NCBI GenBank assembly: GCA_963745035.1
Contig: CAVUVW010000013.1
Span: 1,088,001-1,152,000 of the forward strand
DNA length: 64,000 bases
Direction of reading: 5' to 3'
Source of the DNA: an uncultured delta proteobacterium
Lineage (GTDB): Bacteria > Desulfobacterota > Binatia > UBA9968
Positions 32,561 to 40,768 of this stretch are shown here, in pieces. Position numbers and translations under genes: made by a program. Each line of letters begins with the position of its first letter. Position 1 is the stretch's first letter. The notes under the pieces are model-generated. The model was not told the origin of the DNA and did not search any database. It saw nothing but the letters and a program-made list of their open reading frames with translations.

Positions 32561-33533
32561 ATGTCGCAACATACAAAGACTACTCATGTGTCCTGCGATA
32601 TACGCTCTGCTTATTGAAACTGGCTTTCTCGCTAATGCCAGCAGCCGAAAGCGGTATTTAAGATCGGAATGCTCTGGAGGCGTCCGGACTCGGGTTATTC
32701 CGTGGAGAGCTGCGTGAGCTTGGCTACGTTGAAGGGAAGAACATAATTTCCGAGTACCGACAGAGTGATGGAAAGCTCGACCGCGTTCCTGCCCTTGTTG
32801 ATGAGCTGATTCGCCAGAAAGTTGACGTGCTCGTCGCTTCCTCGACACCCGGCGCCATGCTGCCAAGAACGCTACTTCTACGATCCCGATTGTTTTTTTA
32901 ACTGTGCCCGATCCTGTCGGAGCTGGGCTGGTCGATAGTCTCGCACAACCAGGCGGAAACATTACGGGAGTCGCAAACATTACCCCCGATATGGCCGGCA
33001 AACGACTGGAGTTGCTAAAAGAAACTATTCCGAAGATTTCCCGTGTTGCAGTGCTTTGGGACCCACAAATCCCAGGCTCCGCCGAATCCTGGAAAGAAAG
33101 CCGCGTGCCGGCGCAGGAACTGGGTCTACTCCTTCATTCCATGGAAATAAGCAGCGCGGACAATCTCGATGCGAAGTTCGAAGAAACGGTTCAGGCGCGT
33201 AGCTCGGCGCTCATGCTAGCGGGTGGCACATTGGCTACCGCCAATCAAAAAACAATCGCGGATCTCGCCATAAAAAATCGTTTGCCAACGATTTCTACGC
33301 GCACAGATTTCGTGGAAGCGGCGTCTTAATGTCGTATGGCTCTGACTTAAAAGAACCTTACAAGCGCGTGGCATCCATCGTTGATAAGATCCTCAAGGGG
33401 ACGAAGCCCGTCGACATCCCCGTCGAACAACCAACAAAGTTTAAGATGTATATTAACCTCAAAACAGCAAAAGCAGATCGGCCTGACGATTCCGCCGAAT
33501 GTGCTGGCGCGGGCGGATAAGGTGATCAAGTAA
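32561..33533 (+). pseudogene. COG2984-type ABC SBP gene with multiple frameshifts
   Basis: LRELGYVEG, TSTIPIVFLTVPDPVGAGLVDSLAQPGGNITG, KRLELLKE, VDKILKGTKP.DIPVEQPTKF and VLARADKVIK*. Confidence 0.85.
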
Positions 33534-33548
33534 CCACCCGGCGACGCT

Positions 33549-33618
33549 AGGATTGAACTGAATTCTCCTACAACCAAATCCTGTGGAATTTGTCCGTTGC
33601 GTCGTTGAGTTCAACCCT
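33549..33618 (+). repeat. 70-bp palindrome family, copy 2
   Basis: AGGATTGAACTGAATTCTCCTACAA-var-GCGTCGTTGAGTTCAACCCT. Confidence 0.9.
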
Positions 33619-33838
33619 ACCGGCTTTTTTGTGATTGTCTAGCCGAACTAAGCCGCCGATTGTTAGGGAGTATGCGGCCCCGCCGGTCAGCTTTTGGCGG
33701 AAGCCGTTGAGCTGGGTGGCTGATGGATATTGCAACCGATTTGGATTTTATTGTCGGAGCCACCGCTGGAGATAAGCGGACCGGCATTTGTCTCCGCTTA
33801 CGGTGGCTCAATTAAAGATACAAGTTAGGACACAAAAT

Positions 33839-34264
33839 ATGCGAAATCTGATTACCCTCTCTCTTATCGTCTTGGTTACGGCTTGTGGGACTATGAGTGC
33901 AGACCGCAGTGGGACTGCGAAACAACAGGTGGCTGAAGCAACTGCCGCCTGGGTTGCGGCGTATAATAGCCGTGATCCGGGACGTATCACCTCGTTGTAT
34001 GACCCCGAAGCTGTGTTCTGGGGAACGTCAGCAAAAACAATTTCTGCAAGCCCAGTTGCGATTGCCGATTATTTTAAGGATGCCGGCAAGACCCCCGACG
34101 CGAGAGTTACTCTCGGCGAACAGCATATTCGCGTCTATGGCGATGTGGCCATAAACACGGGCTACTACACATTCAGGAGTCCTGCTCGTTTCACCGTTGT
34201 CTACCGAAATCGGAACGGAAAATGGTTGATCGTTGATCACCACTCATCACGAGTTCCGGGGTAG
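33839..34264 (+). CDS. NTF2/SnoaL-like (SgcJ/EcaC/DUF4440-type) lipoprotein in an integron-cassette-like setting
   Basis: Lipobox VTAC; WVAAYNSRD, INTGYYTF and ARFTVVYRNRNGKWLIVDHHSS; GTTAGGA at 33824-33830. Confidence 0.85.
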   Translation: MRNLITLSLIVLVTACGTMSADRSGTAKQQVAEATAAWVAAYNSRDPGRITSLYDPEAVFWGTSAKTISASPVAIADYFKDAGKTPDARVTLGEQHIRVYGDVAINTGYYTFRSPARFTVVYRNRNGKWLIVDHHSSRVPG

Positions 34265-34281
34265 TTAGTTGTTATTCTCGA

Positions 34282-34370
34282 GTCCAATTCTTCAGGTGGA
34301 GTGTACGGGCCGCAAGCGTTCTGCAACAGTCGGTGTCTGTGCTGGCCCGCCGCTCACCAAGACGTTAGTG
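34282..34370 (+). other. Degenerate integron attC-like site
   Basis: GGTGGAGTG/CGCTCACC and CGGGCC/GGCCCG pairings; ends CGTTAGTG; lies just downstream of the NTF2 gene. Confidence 0.55.
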
Positions 34371-34372
34371 CC

Positions 34373-34444
34373 AGGATTGAACTGAATTCTCCATCAAACC
34401 AATCTCCGTGATCATCAAATTGAAGCGTCGTTCAGTTCAATCTC
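34373..34444 (+). repeat. 70-bp palindrome family, copy 3
   Basis: AGGATTGAACTGAATTCTCCATCAA-var-ATCAAATTGAAGCGTCGTTCAGTTCAATCTC. Confidence 0.92.
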
Positions 34445-34543
34445 AGGCTAAATTTGGTCTTTTTCACTGGCCGATTCACTGTTGCCTTCGGTCGCAAATC
34501 TTAGTTTCCCTCTGATACAGCCCGCGTGATAAACATGTGGGCA

Positions 34544-35536
34544 ATGAGGAAAGCTGGTGTCTTATCTGTCTTGGTAATGCTTGCTGTTGCAGTCGTAGCC
34601 GAGGCGCAGCAGCCAACAAAAATCCCGCGGATCGGATACGTCTCAGGCACGGGCACTGCGACTAATCAAGGTCCGTACGTCGAAGCTCTGCGCCAAGGGC
34701 TGCGCGAAGTAGGTCACGTCGAGGGGAAAACCTTCGTGATCGAGTATCGCGCCGCGGAGGGACAGATAGAGCGCGTACCAAGCCTCGTCGAGGAACTAGT
34801 ACAACAAAAGGTCGATCTAATGATTGCTCCGGTTCCAAACGCCATCCGAGCCGCTAAACAGGCAACCAAGACGATTCCTATTGTTATGGTGGCCAGCATT
34901 GATCCGGTCGCAACCGGAATGATCGATAGCTTGGCACGTCCTGGTGGAAATTTGACTGGCATCTCCACCCTAAACCAAGACCTAAACGGCAAACGGCTAG
35001 AATTGCTCAAGGAGGTGGTCCCGCAGCTATCACGCGTGGGAATTCTTCTGGATAGGGGAAGTTCGAGCACGAGTTCTACGGTAGTGAATTTGAAGCAGTA
35101 TGAGGACGCGGCCAGGGTTCTCAAGATAGAAATCCAATCGCTTGAAGTCCACGGACCGAAGCCCGACCTGGAACCTATGTTTAATACAGCCGCCAAGTTG
35201 CGCATTGGGGGGCTGGTCACAATCACTAATGCCAACCTCTTTATCCAACAAAAGCGGCTCGCCGAACTCGCGATAAAACATAGGCTGCCTTCAATGTTCC
35301 AGGGAAGCACCTGGGTCGATTCAGGCGGCCTTATGTCCTATGCAACCGACGAACTTGGCGCGTTTCGCCGAGCCGCGACTTATGTGGATAAAATACTCAA
35401 GGGCACAAAGCCTGCTGATTTGCCGGTCGAGCAGACAACAAAGTTTGAATTCGTAGTCAACCTCAAAACCGCTAAACAAATCGGTCTCAACATTCCGGAG
35501 TCGGTGCTATTCCGAGCTGACAGAGTAGTCAAATGA
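34544..35536 (+). CDS. COG2984-type ABC transporter substrate-binding protein (intact, no adjacent permease)
   Basis: Signal peptide then AEAQQPTKIPRIG; TIPIVM..DPV..G...[35 protein letters not shown] and RADRVVK*. Confidence 0.93.
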   Translation: MRKAGVLSVLVMLAVAVVAEAQQPTKIPRIGYVSGTGTATNQGPYVEALRQGLREVGHVEGKTFVIEYRAAEGQIERVPSLVEELVQQKVDLMIAPVPNAIRAAKQATKTIPIVMVASIDPVATGMIDSLARPGGNLTGISTLNQDLNGKRLELLKEVVPQLSRVGILLDRGSSSTSSTVVNLKQYEDAARVLKIEIQSLEVHGPKPDLEPMFNTAAKLRIGGLVTITNANLFIQQKRLAELAIKHRLPSMFQGSTWVDSGGLMSYATDELGAFRRAATYVDKILKGTKPADLPVEQTTKFEFVVNLKTAKQIGLNIPESVLFRADRVVK

Positions 35537-35589
35537 TACTGTTCCGTTGCCGTTGCCAGTGGTCAGCGGTTACCAAGAGCGTCTTCGCC

Positions 35590-35674
35590 ATTCGTTAATC
35601 TTAAAACCGCCAAGCAAATCGGCCTGAAAATTCCGGCTAATGTGCTGGCGAGGGCGAATAAGGTGATCAAATAA
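35590..35674 (+). pseudogene. Isolated SBP 3' tail
   Basis: VNLKTAKQIGLKIPANVLARANKVIK*. Confidence 0.88.
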
Positions 35675-35688
35675 CGAGGCGGCGTCCC

Positions 35689-35725
35689 AGGATTGAACTG
35701 TATTCTCCATCAATTCAATTTCAGG
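35689..35725 (+). repeat. 70-bp palindrome family, copy 4 (internally deleted)
   Basis: AGGATTGAACTGTATTCTCCATCAATTCAATTTCAGG. Confidence 0.8.
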
Positions 35726-35771
35726 TCGATGACCCTGGAGTGCTACGGTCCGTGCTGCCCGGCCCTTTTCC

Positions 35772-35799
35772 TGCGCGGGCGGACAGAGTGATAAAATAA
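35772..35799 (+). repeat. Minimal SBP 3' tail immediately upstream of the TenA-like gene
   Basis: GCGCGGGCGGACAGAGTGATAAAATAA = ARADRVIK*; the stop overlaps the TAAGGAG RBS. Confidence 0.8.
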
Positions 35800-35809
35800 G
35801 GAGCGCATT

Positions 35810-36472
35810 ATGATCGGTGCCAAGGCTCTGTTAGAAGGGATTCGGCAAGATTTGCAGCCCGTCACGGAACAGCTTCTGGGGCATCCTTACGTGAAGGCTC
35901 TGGAGGAAGGGCAGATTGAGCGGGAGAAGCTCCGTCTTTTTGCCGGCGAGCAGTACAGCATCATAGCGAGTGATCTCAAAAGCGTCGCTTATTTGCTTAG
36001 CCGCTTCGGTAGCGCTCCGAGCCGTGATTTCTTTCTCGGAATCCTGCAGGGTGAAAGAGCTGCCTGGGATGGCTTGCTAACGTTCGTCAATGCCCTCGGC
36101 CTAAGCGAAGCTCAACTGAGCAAGCACGAGCCAGCGGCTGGCGCTCATGCCTACACCTGCTACATGGCGTGGCTTGCGCTCTATGCCTCTGACGCCGAGA
36201 TTGCTGCTGCCTACCTGGTCAATTTTCCAGCGTGGGGTCAGAACTGTGGCCGCCTGAGCCGGATTCTGAAAGAGCGTTTCGGTATGGGCGAGAAGGAAGT
36301 CGCTTTTTTTGATCTCTTCGCCTCTCCTCCAACTACATTTGAAGCCGACGCTCTGAAAGTTATTCAGCAGGGACTCGATCGAGGCATCGAGCCGAGCCTG
36401 ATCCAACGGGCGGCTCGGTTACTCCAGGCCTACGAGCTCATGTATTGGGATACCCTCTACGGGGCGTCTTAG
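35810..36472 (+). CDS. TenA/THI-4/PqqC family (heme-oxygenase-like fold) protein
   Basis: HPYVKALEEG..LRLFAGEQY, HAYTCYMAWLA and YELMYWDTL; AAGGAG RBS. Confidence 0.85.
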   Translation: MIGAKALLEGIRQDLQPVTEQLLGHPYVKALEEGQIEREKLRLFAGEQYSIIASDLKSVAYLLSRFGSAPSRDFFLGILQGERAAWDGLLTFVNALGLSEAQLSKHEPAAGAHAYTCYMAWLALYASDAEIAAAYLVNFPAWGQNCGRLSRILKERFGMGEKEVAFFDLFASPPTTFEADALKVIQQGLDRGIEPSLIQRAARLLQAYELMYWDTLYGAS

Positions 36473-36473
36473 C

Positions 36474-36506
36474 CGTGCTGGCAGGGCGGATAAAGTGATC
36501 GAGTGA
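36474..36506 (+). repeat. Minimal SBP 3' tail immediately downstream of the TenA-like gene
   Basis: GTGCTGGC-AGGGCGGATAAAGTGATCGAGTGA = VL..RADKVIE*. Confidence 0.8.
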
Positions 36507-36531
36507 GCGAAGAAAACCAAGCGGCAATGCT

Positions 36532-36598
36532 AGGATTGAACTGAATTGTCCATCAATCTTAAACCACATCAAATTGAAGCGTCGTTCAGTTCAATGCT
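36532..36598 (+). repeat. 70-bp palindrome family, copy 5
   Basis: AGGATTGAACTGAATTGTCCATCAA-var-ATCAAATTGAAGCGTCGTTCAGTTCAATGCT. Confidence 0.92.
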
Positions 36599-36902
36599 GG
36601 AATATAAATTCAGATCAACCCGGACATTTTGCAGACAGCTTAGGAAAAACTAGCGCCACGAAGCTAGAATAGACGGCCTGCTTAAAAGGCAATCAGAGAG
36701 TACTAACAAGTACCACATCATACTAAAACTCCTCGCATGCTTTCCCGCACGGAAATACTACATCGTACAGAGCCGTTTTGGCGGCAGTTCACGCACAAAA
36801 GGCGCACAAAACACGGCAGCGGTTTGGCCAAAATCATGTCCTTGACAGACTTTAGCGATCTAGGCGATATTTTGCGCGGTTAAACCCGCAAGGTCATCCT
36901 CG

Positions 36903-37355
36903 ATGGATCAATCAGTCGTCAGCGCGTTATCAGCGATCTTGGGTTCACTGGTTGGCGGTTCGGCCACCATTGCAACTGCTTGGATTACACAGAAGACGCA
37001 AAGCAGACGCGAGTTAGTCGGCGCCGAGATTCGAAAGCGAGAACTACTCTATACTGAGTTTATTGACGAGTGCTCGAAGCTGGCCATTGACGCTTTGGAC
37101 CACACGCTCGATGACACCACGAAGGTTTTTCGCGTTTACGCACTTTCAAGTCGCATCAGGCTCACATCGTCCGACATGGTGGTTGCGGCCGCAGATCAGA
37201 CCGTAAAGCATATTCTCACGAGCTATTTCAGGCCTAACATGACGAGGGAAGAGATTCGAGATCTGGCCCTTTCCGGAACTGCTGAAAAAGATCCGCTTAC
37301 GCAATTCAGCGAAGCCTGTCGAAACGAGCTTAAAGCATTGCAATCTGGCTTCTGA
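36903..37355 (+). CDS. Hypothetical protein with an N-terminal TM helix
   Basis: 150-aa ORF; VVSALSAILGSLVGGSATIATAWI followed by a helical region; TTGACA at 36842 upstream. Confidence 0.75.
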   Translation: MDQSVVSALSAILGSLVGGSATIATAWITQKTQSRRELVGAEIRKRELLYTEFIDECSKLAIDALDHTLDDTTKVFRVYALSSRIRLTSSDMVVAAADQTVKHILTSYFRPNMTREEIRDLALSGTAEKDPLTQFSEACRNELKALQSGF

Positions 37356-37638
37356 CGAAGCAGCTCGTCCGTCCACAAGGAAGCCTGTTACGGCAATTCG
37401 TATAATTCAAATCCTTATCAGAATCCCCGCCGCCGATAAATAATTTGCCTGAAACGAGGCGATCAATCACCCGTAGGCAGTGCCACTAAAAACATGGTGC
37501 GGAGGCCGCAAATGAAAACTACTTTGAAATTATTCATTTTGGTCGCCAGCATTTTTGTGATGACGACTATGCCTAACCAGTGCGGGAACCGGACCGCCCA
37601 AGTCGCAGCTGAGAGTTTCTTGGCGGAGTGAGGGTGGT

Positions 37639-37708
37639 GGCTAACCCTTCCATCGAGCAGACGGGCTGCCGGTGCGCGTCTCCAGCCGCCGCTCATCAAA
37701 CGTTAGTG
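37639..37708 (+). other. Integron attC-like site
   Basis: GGCTAAC...GTTAGTG ends; internal ATCGAGC/GCTCAT (one extra base) and GGCTG/CAGCC pairings; 70 bp. Confidence 0.7.
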
Positions 37709-37710
37709 TT

Positions 37711-37735
37711 AGAATTGAACTGAATTCTCCTACAA
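37711..37735 (+). repeat. 70-bp palindrome family, copy 6 (left half only)
   Basis: AGAATTGAACTGAATTCTCCTACAA. Confidence 0.85.
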
Positions 37736-37767
37736 AATTAATCCAGAGAATCTGCCTGAGGCATCGT

Positions 37768-38091
37768 TTATTTCAAACGTACGGCGAGCCAAACCGTATT
37801 CGCGCTGGTGCGCGCCACTCGATGGCGCACGCTGCGCGGGATCATTACATAATCGCCTTCGCTCATTTCAACGATTTGACCGTCGGTGAATTCTAGCGCC
37901 GCCGTGCCGCGCAGCACGATCACCCATTCGTCTTCGGCTTGATCGTACCAGAACCCGGCCGGACTGCTGTGCGAGTGCGAGACGATTCGCTCGATCCTGA
38001 CGGCGCCGCTTTCGAACAAGACGAAAAAGTCTTCCGAGCTTGCCGCGTTTCCGGCGGCGTCGAAGATATTTCCCGCATTGGGGCGCGCCAT
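37768..38091 (-). CDS. Cupin domain protein
   Basis: VRIERIVSH..SPAGFWYDQAEDEWVIVLRG..GDYVMIP..RHRV. Confidence 0.88.
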   Translation of the reverse strand: MARPNAGNIFDAAGNAASSEDFFVLFESGAVRIERIVSHSHSSPAGFWYDQAEDEWVIVLRGTAALEFTDGQIVEMSEGDYVMIPRSVRHRVARTSANTVWLAVRLK

Positions 38092-38093
38092 CG

Positions 38094-38757
38094 TTACATC
38101 CGCGCCCGGCGAATCGCCGGCACGTCGACGATGCGGCGCTGGCCCGGCGCCGGCGGGTTTTCCACCGCGCTGACGAGCGCGGTGATCATCTGCTCGATAC
38201 TGATCAGGCCAAGCCGCTCCGCCGTTGCCCGCGTGGCGGGTATCATTTCGGCGAGTCTGTAAAGCGGCTTGATCAGCACCGGCCAGCGACGGCCCGGACC
38301 GAGCACGTACCACGGCCGCAGGATCGTCGCCGCCAAACCGGATTCGCGAATGATCGTTTCTCCGAGAGTGCGCACCCACAAGTAGGCCTGCATGATCGGC
38401 GCCGGCTGGGCGACGCTGACGTAGATCAGATGAGCGGCGCCGATTTTTTTCGCTGCCGCCACGGTGGCGCGAATCGAAACCAGATCGATCTTCTCGAATT
38501 GATCGGCCTTGCTCGGAGTGGGATGGGGCGTGCCGACCAGATGAATCACCGTGTCGTCGGACCGCAACTCCGCCTCGATCGATGTGGCTTCGAGGGCGTC
38601 GCCGATGACCGACGTCGCGCCCGCGGGAACACGGCCCACCGACGCCGCGCGCGCGAGCGCGCGCACCCGATGCCCGCGCGCAAGCAGCACGGGAATCAAT
38701 TGAGCGCCGATGTAGCCGGTGCCGCCGGTGACAAAAATATTGAGTGGTGAGTGCCAT
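38094..38757 (-). CDS. NAD(P)H-binding atypical SDR/epimerase (indel near the start)
   Basis: IFVTGGTGYIG (upstream of the listed ORF, same frame), VIHLVGTPHP and ILRPWYVLGPG. Confidence 0.88.
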
Positions 38758-38897
38758 TTGTTCGTTCAGCGCTGCGAGAAAATACTTCTACGGCGACGGA
38801 GACTGATCATGCCCGACGAATTTCTCTTGCGCCGGGAAAGGACTGAGGTACGGGAGACCGGAAAACTTTCATCTTTCCGCGCCCGCCGCCGATTCGA

Positions 38898-39917
38898 TCA
38901 CTTCAATTTCGCCAAGCCGTTATTCTGCGGCTCGTAGTCGCGGTCTTCCTTGCGCCGGCGCGCAACCGAGTCGTCGACGGTTTCGTTGCCGAAACGGGTG
39001 GCGCCCACCGCGCGGTAGTGCCGGGCATTTTTTCTGGCGTACACCCCGCCTAAAAAGCGCGCGTAGGAATCGGTGGATTCGCCGAGATAATTTTGCGCCC
39101 CGACCGTCACCGGATCGAGCGCCAAGCCGAGCGCCGCGGCCTTGTCCTGCATCCAGCGGAGCGGCATGTCGGAAAGTCTTCGGTCTGTGTAGCCGCCGCC
39201 GACGTCGCAATGGGCGCCCATGAACCAGCGCTGCTCCAGAGCTTGCGCCGGCGCCGACGGCTCCCACAGGCAAACGTCGTAGTCCCGGCGATGCTCGTCG
39301 ACGGCGACGGCGTGGCAGGCGTTTTCGACGAGACCGCACAATTTGGTGTCATGAAACTCGTAGTATTTCATGTTGGCGTCGGCGAGCACGTCCAAGGGAA
39401 TGCCCAGCGCGCCGACCGTGTCCCACACGCCGATAAATTTGATTTTGATCTCGCGGGAAAACGCCCGGCGAAACAACTTCGCCGTCGTGGAATCCGCTTT
39501 GTCGTCGCGCGTCCGGTAGATTCCATAGGCGATCGCCACCCGCAGCGCCAGATGTTTGGGATAGATCAAGCCGCAGTTGCGAATCATGCCGACCAGGCTG
39601 CGCGCCGTGTAGGCGCCGCGGCTGAATCCGAGAATATACACTTCGTCCCCGTCCTCGTACTGGTTGGCGAGATACTCGTAGCCTTGAACGATGTTGCGCT
39701 CCAGGCCGGCGCCGATGGCGCCGCCGATATAGCGATCGTACCAGTGGGCGCCGACGCCTTCGTCGTACCACTTCGCTTGTCGGACGCCGTTCTTGTCGCC
39801 ATCCCGAACCGCCTCGTAGAATCGGCAGACGTTGGTCTCGACCCGCCGGTCCGCCGCCAAGGCTTCATCCGCCGGCTTGTTCCAGGTGCCGTCAAAACAG
39901 ATCACGATGCGCTTCAT
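38898..39917 (-). CDS. DUF2235 (Tle1-like alpha/beta hydrolase) protein
   Basis: CFDGTWN, GFSRGAYTARSL, GVWDTVGALG, HAVAVDEHR and WFMGAHCDVGGG. Confidence 0.93.
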   Translation of the reverse strand: MKRIVICFDGTWNKPADEALAADRRVETNVCRFYEAVRDGDKNGVRQAKWYDEGVGAHWYDRYIGGAIGAGLERNIVQGYEYLANQYEDGDEVYILGFSRGAYTARSLVGMIRNCGLIYPKHLALRVAIAYGIYRTRDDKADSTTAKLFRRAFSREIKIKFIGVWDTVGALGIPLDVLADANMKYYEFHDTKLCGLVENACHAVAVDEHRRDYDVCLWEPSAPAQALEQRWFMGAHCDVGGGYTDRRLSDMPLRWMQDKAAALGLALDPVTVGAQNYLGESTDSYARFLGGVYARKNARHYRAVGATRFGNETVDDSVARRRKEDRDYEPQNNGLAKLK

Positions 39918-40062
39918 CGCCGCTCCTTATCGAATGGAAAATTGCCAGACAGCGCCACCATTGTAGCGCATTGCCGGCCGCGCGGCGCAAATTCCTCCCG
40001 GCAGGCCGCGCAAAGGCGCGCACAACCTTCGTGGTTAAATCTTATCCGCTCTCGCCGCGGAC

Positions 40063-40656
40063 TTACGTGACGGTCGGATCGAATGGCTTAGGCGAGCGCG
40101 CGCGCCAAGCCTGTTGAAAGCGATCGAGCAATTCGGCGGGATCGTCCTCGACGATCATCAAAGCACGATGCTTGGGTTTGATGAAATCTTTGGCGACGGC
40201 CTGATCGAGGAAGGCGATCAACGAATCGTAATAGCCCGCTACGTTCAAGAGCCCGCACGGCTTTTCGTGCAGCCCGAGCTGCGCCCAGCTCAGCACCTCG
40301 AAGAATTCTTCCATCGTGCCGATGCCGCCGGGCATGGCGATGAAGCCATCCGAGAGCTCGGCCATCAAGGCTTTGCGCTCGTGCATCGAGCCCACCACGC
40401 GCAGCTCCGTGAGCCCGCCATGCGCCACTTCCTTACTCACCAGCGAGTTCGGGATGACGCCGACGACCGTACCGTGAAGGTCGAGAACCGTGTTGGCGAC
40501 GACGTTCATCAAACCGACGTTGCCGCCGCCGTAGACGAGACCGTAGCCGCGCGCGACGAGCTCGCGACCAAGCTGTTGCGCCGCCAAAGCGTATTCGGGC
40601 GATGCGCCCTGGCGCGATCCGGTAAAGACGCAAACTTTTCTTATGCCGTCGTTCAT
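40063..40656 (-). CDS. LOG family nucleotide phosphoribohydrolase
   Basis: VYGGGNVGLM, MHERKALM and PGGIGTMEE. Confidence 0.95.
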   Translation of the reverse strand: MNDGIRKVCVFTGSRQGASPEYALAAQQLGRELVARGYGLVYGGGNVGLMNVVANTVLDLHGTVVGVIPNSLVSKEVAHGGLTELRVVGSMHERKALMAELSDGFIAMPGGIGTMEEFFEVLSWAQLGLHEKPCGLLNVAGYYDSLIAFLDQAVAKDFIKPKHRALMIVEDDPAELLDRFQQAWRARSPKPFDPTVT

Positions 40657-40768
40657 CGCTTTCGATCAAACATTCGCGATCTTCATGTGCTTCGCGGTGA
40701 GATCGAAAATCCCTCCGTGGACCTATTCTGGGTCGTTTGCATCACCCGTGTCGCTCGACGCTCTCGCG

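Larger units (their letters stand above)
30840..37740. mobile_element. AT-richer accessory island with cassette-array-like organisation (no recombinase gene seen)
   Basis: Abrupt shift to AT-richer codons; repeated 70-bp palindromes, repeated SBP 3' ends, attC-like sites and a tRNA 3' half. Confidence 0.7.

Noticed and set aside
33534-33543. CCACCCGGCG identical to part of the tRNA fragment (31899-31908)
   Set aside because: A single 10-bp match that is not repeated before other palindrome copies; compatible with chance.
35700-35810. TPP riboswitch upstream of the TenA-like gene
   Set aside because: No TPP consensus visible; the upstream DNA is a palindrome copy and an SBP tail.
30849-37735. 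70-bp palindrome series as a CRISPR array
   Set aside because: Intervals are 0.8-1.4 kb and contain genes; repeats are too long and degenerate; no cas genes in the window.
38898-39917. DUF2235 gene as a T6SS effector locus
   Set aside because: No VgrG, PAAR or immunity gene adjacent; stand-alone DUF2235 hydrolases are common.
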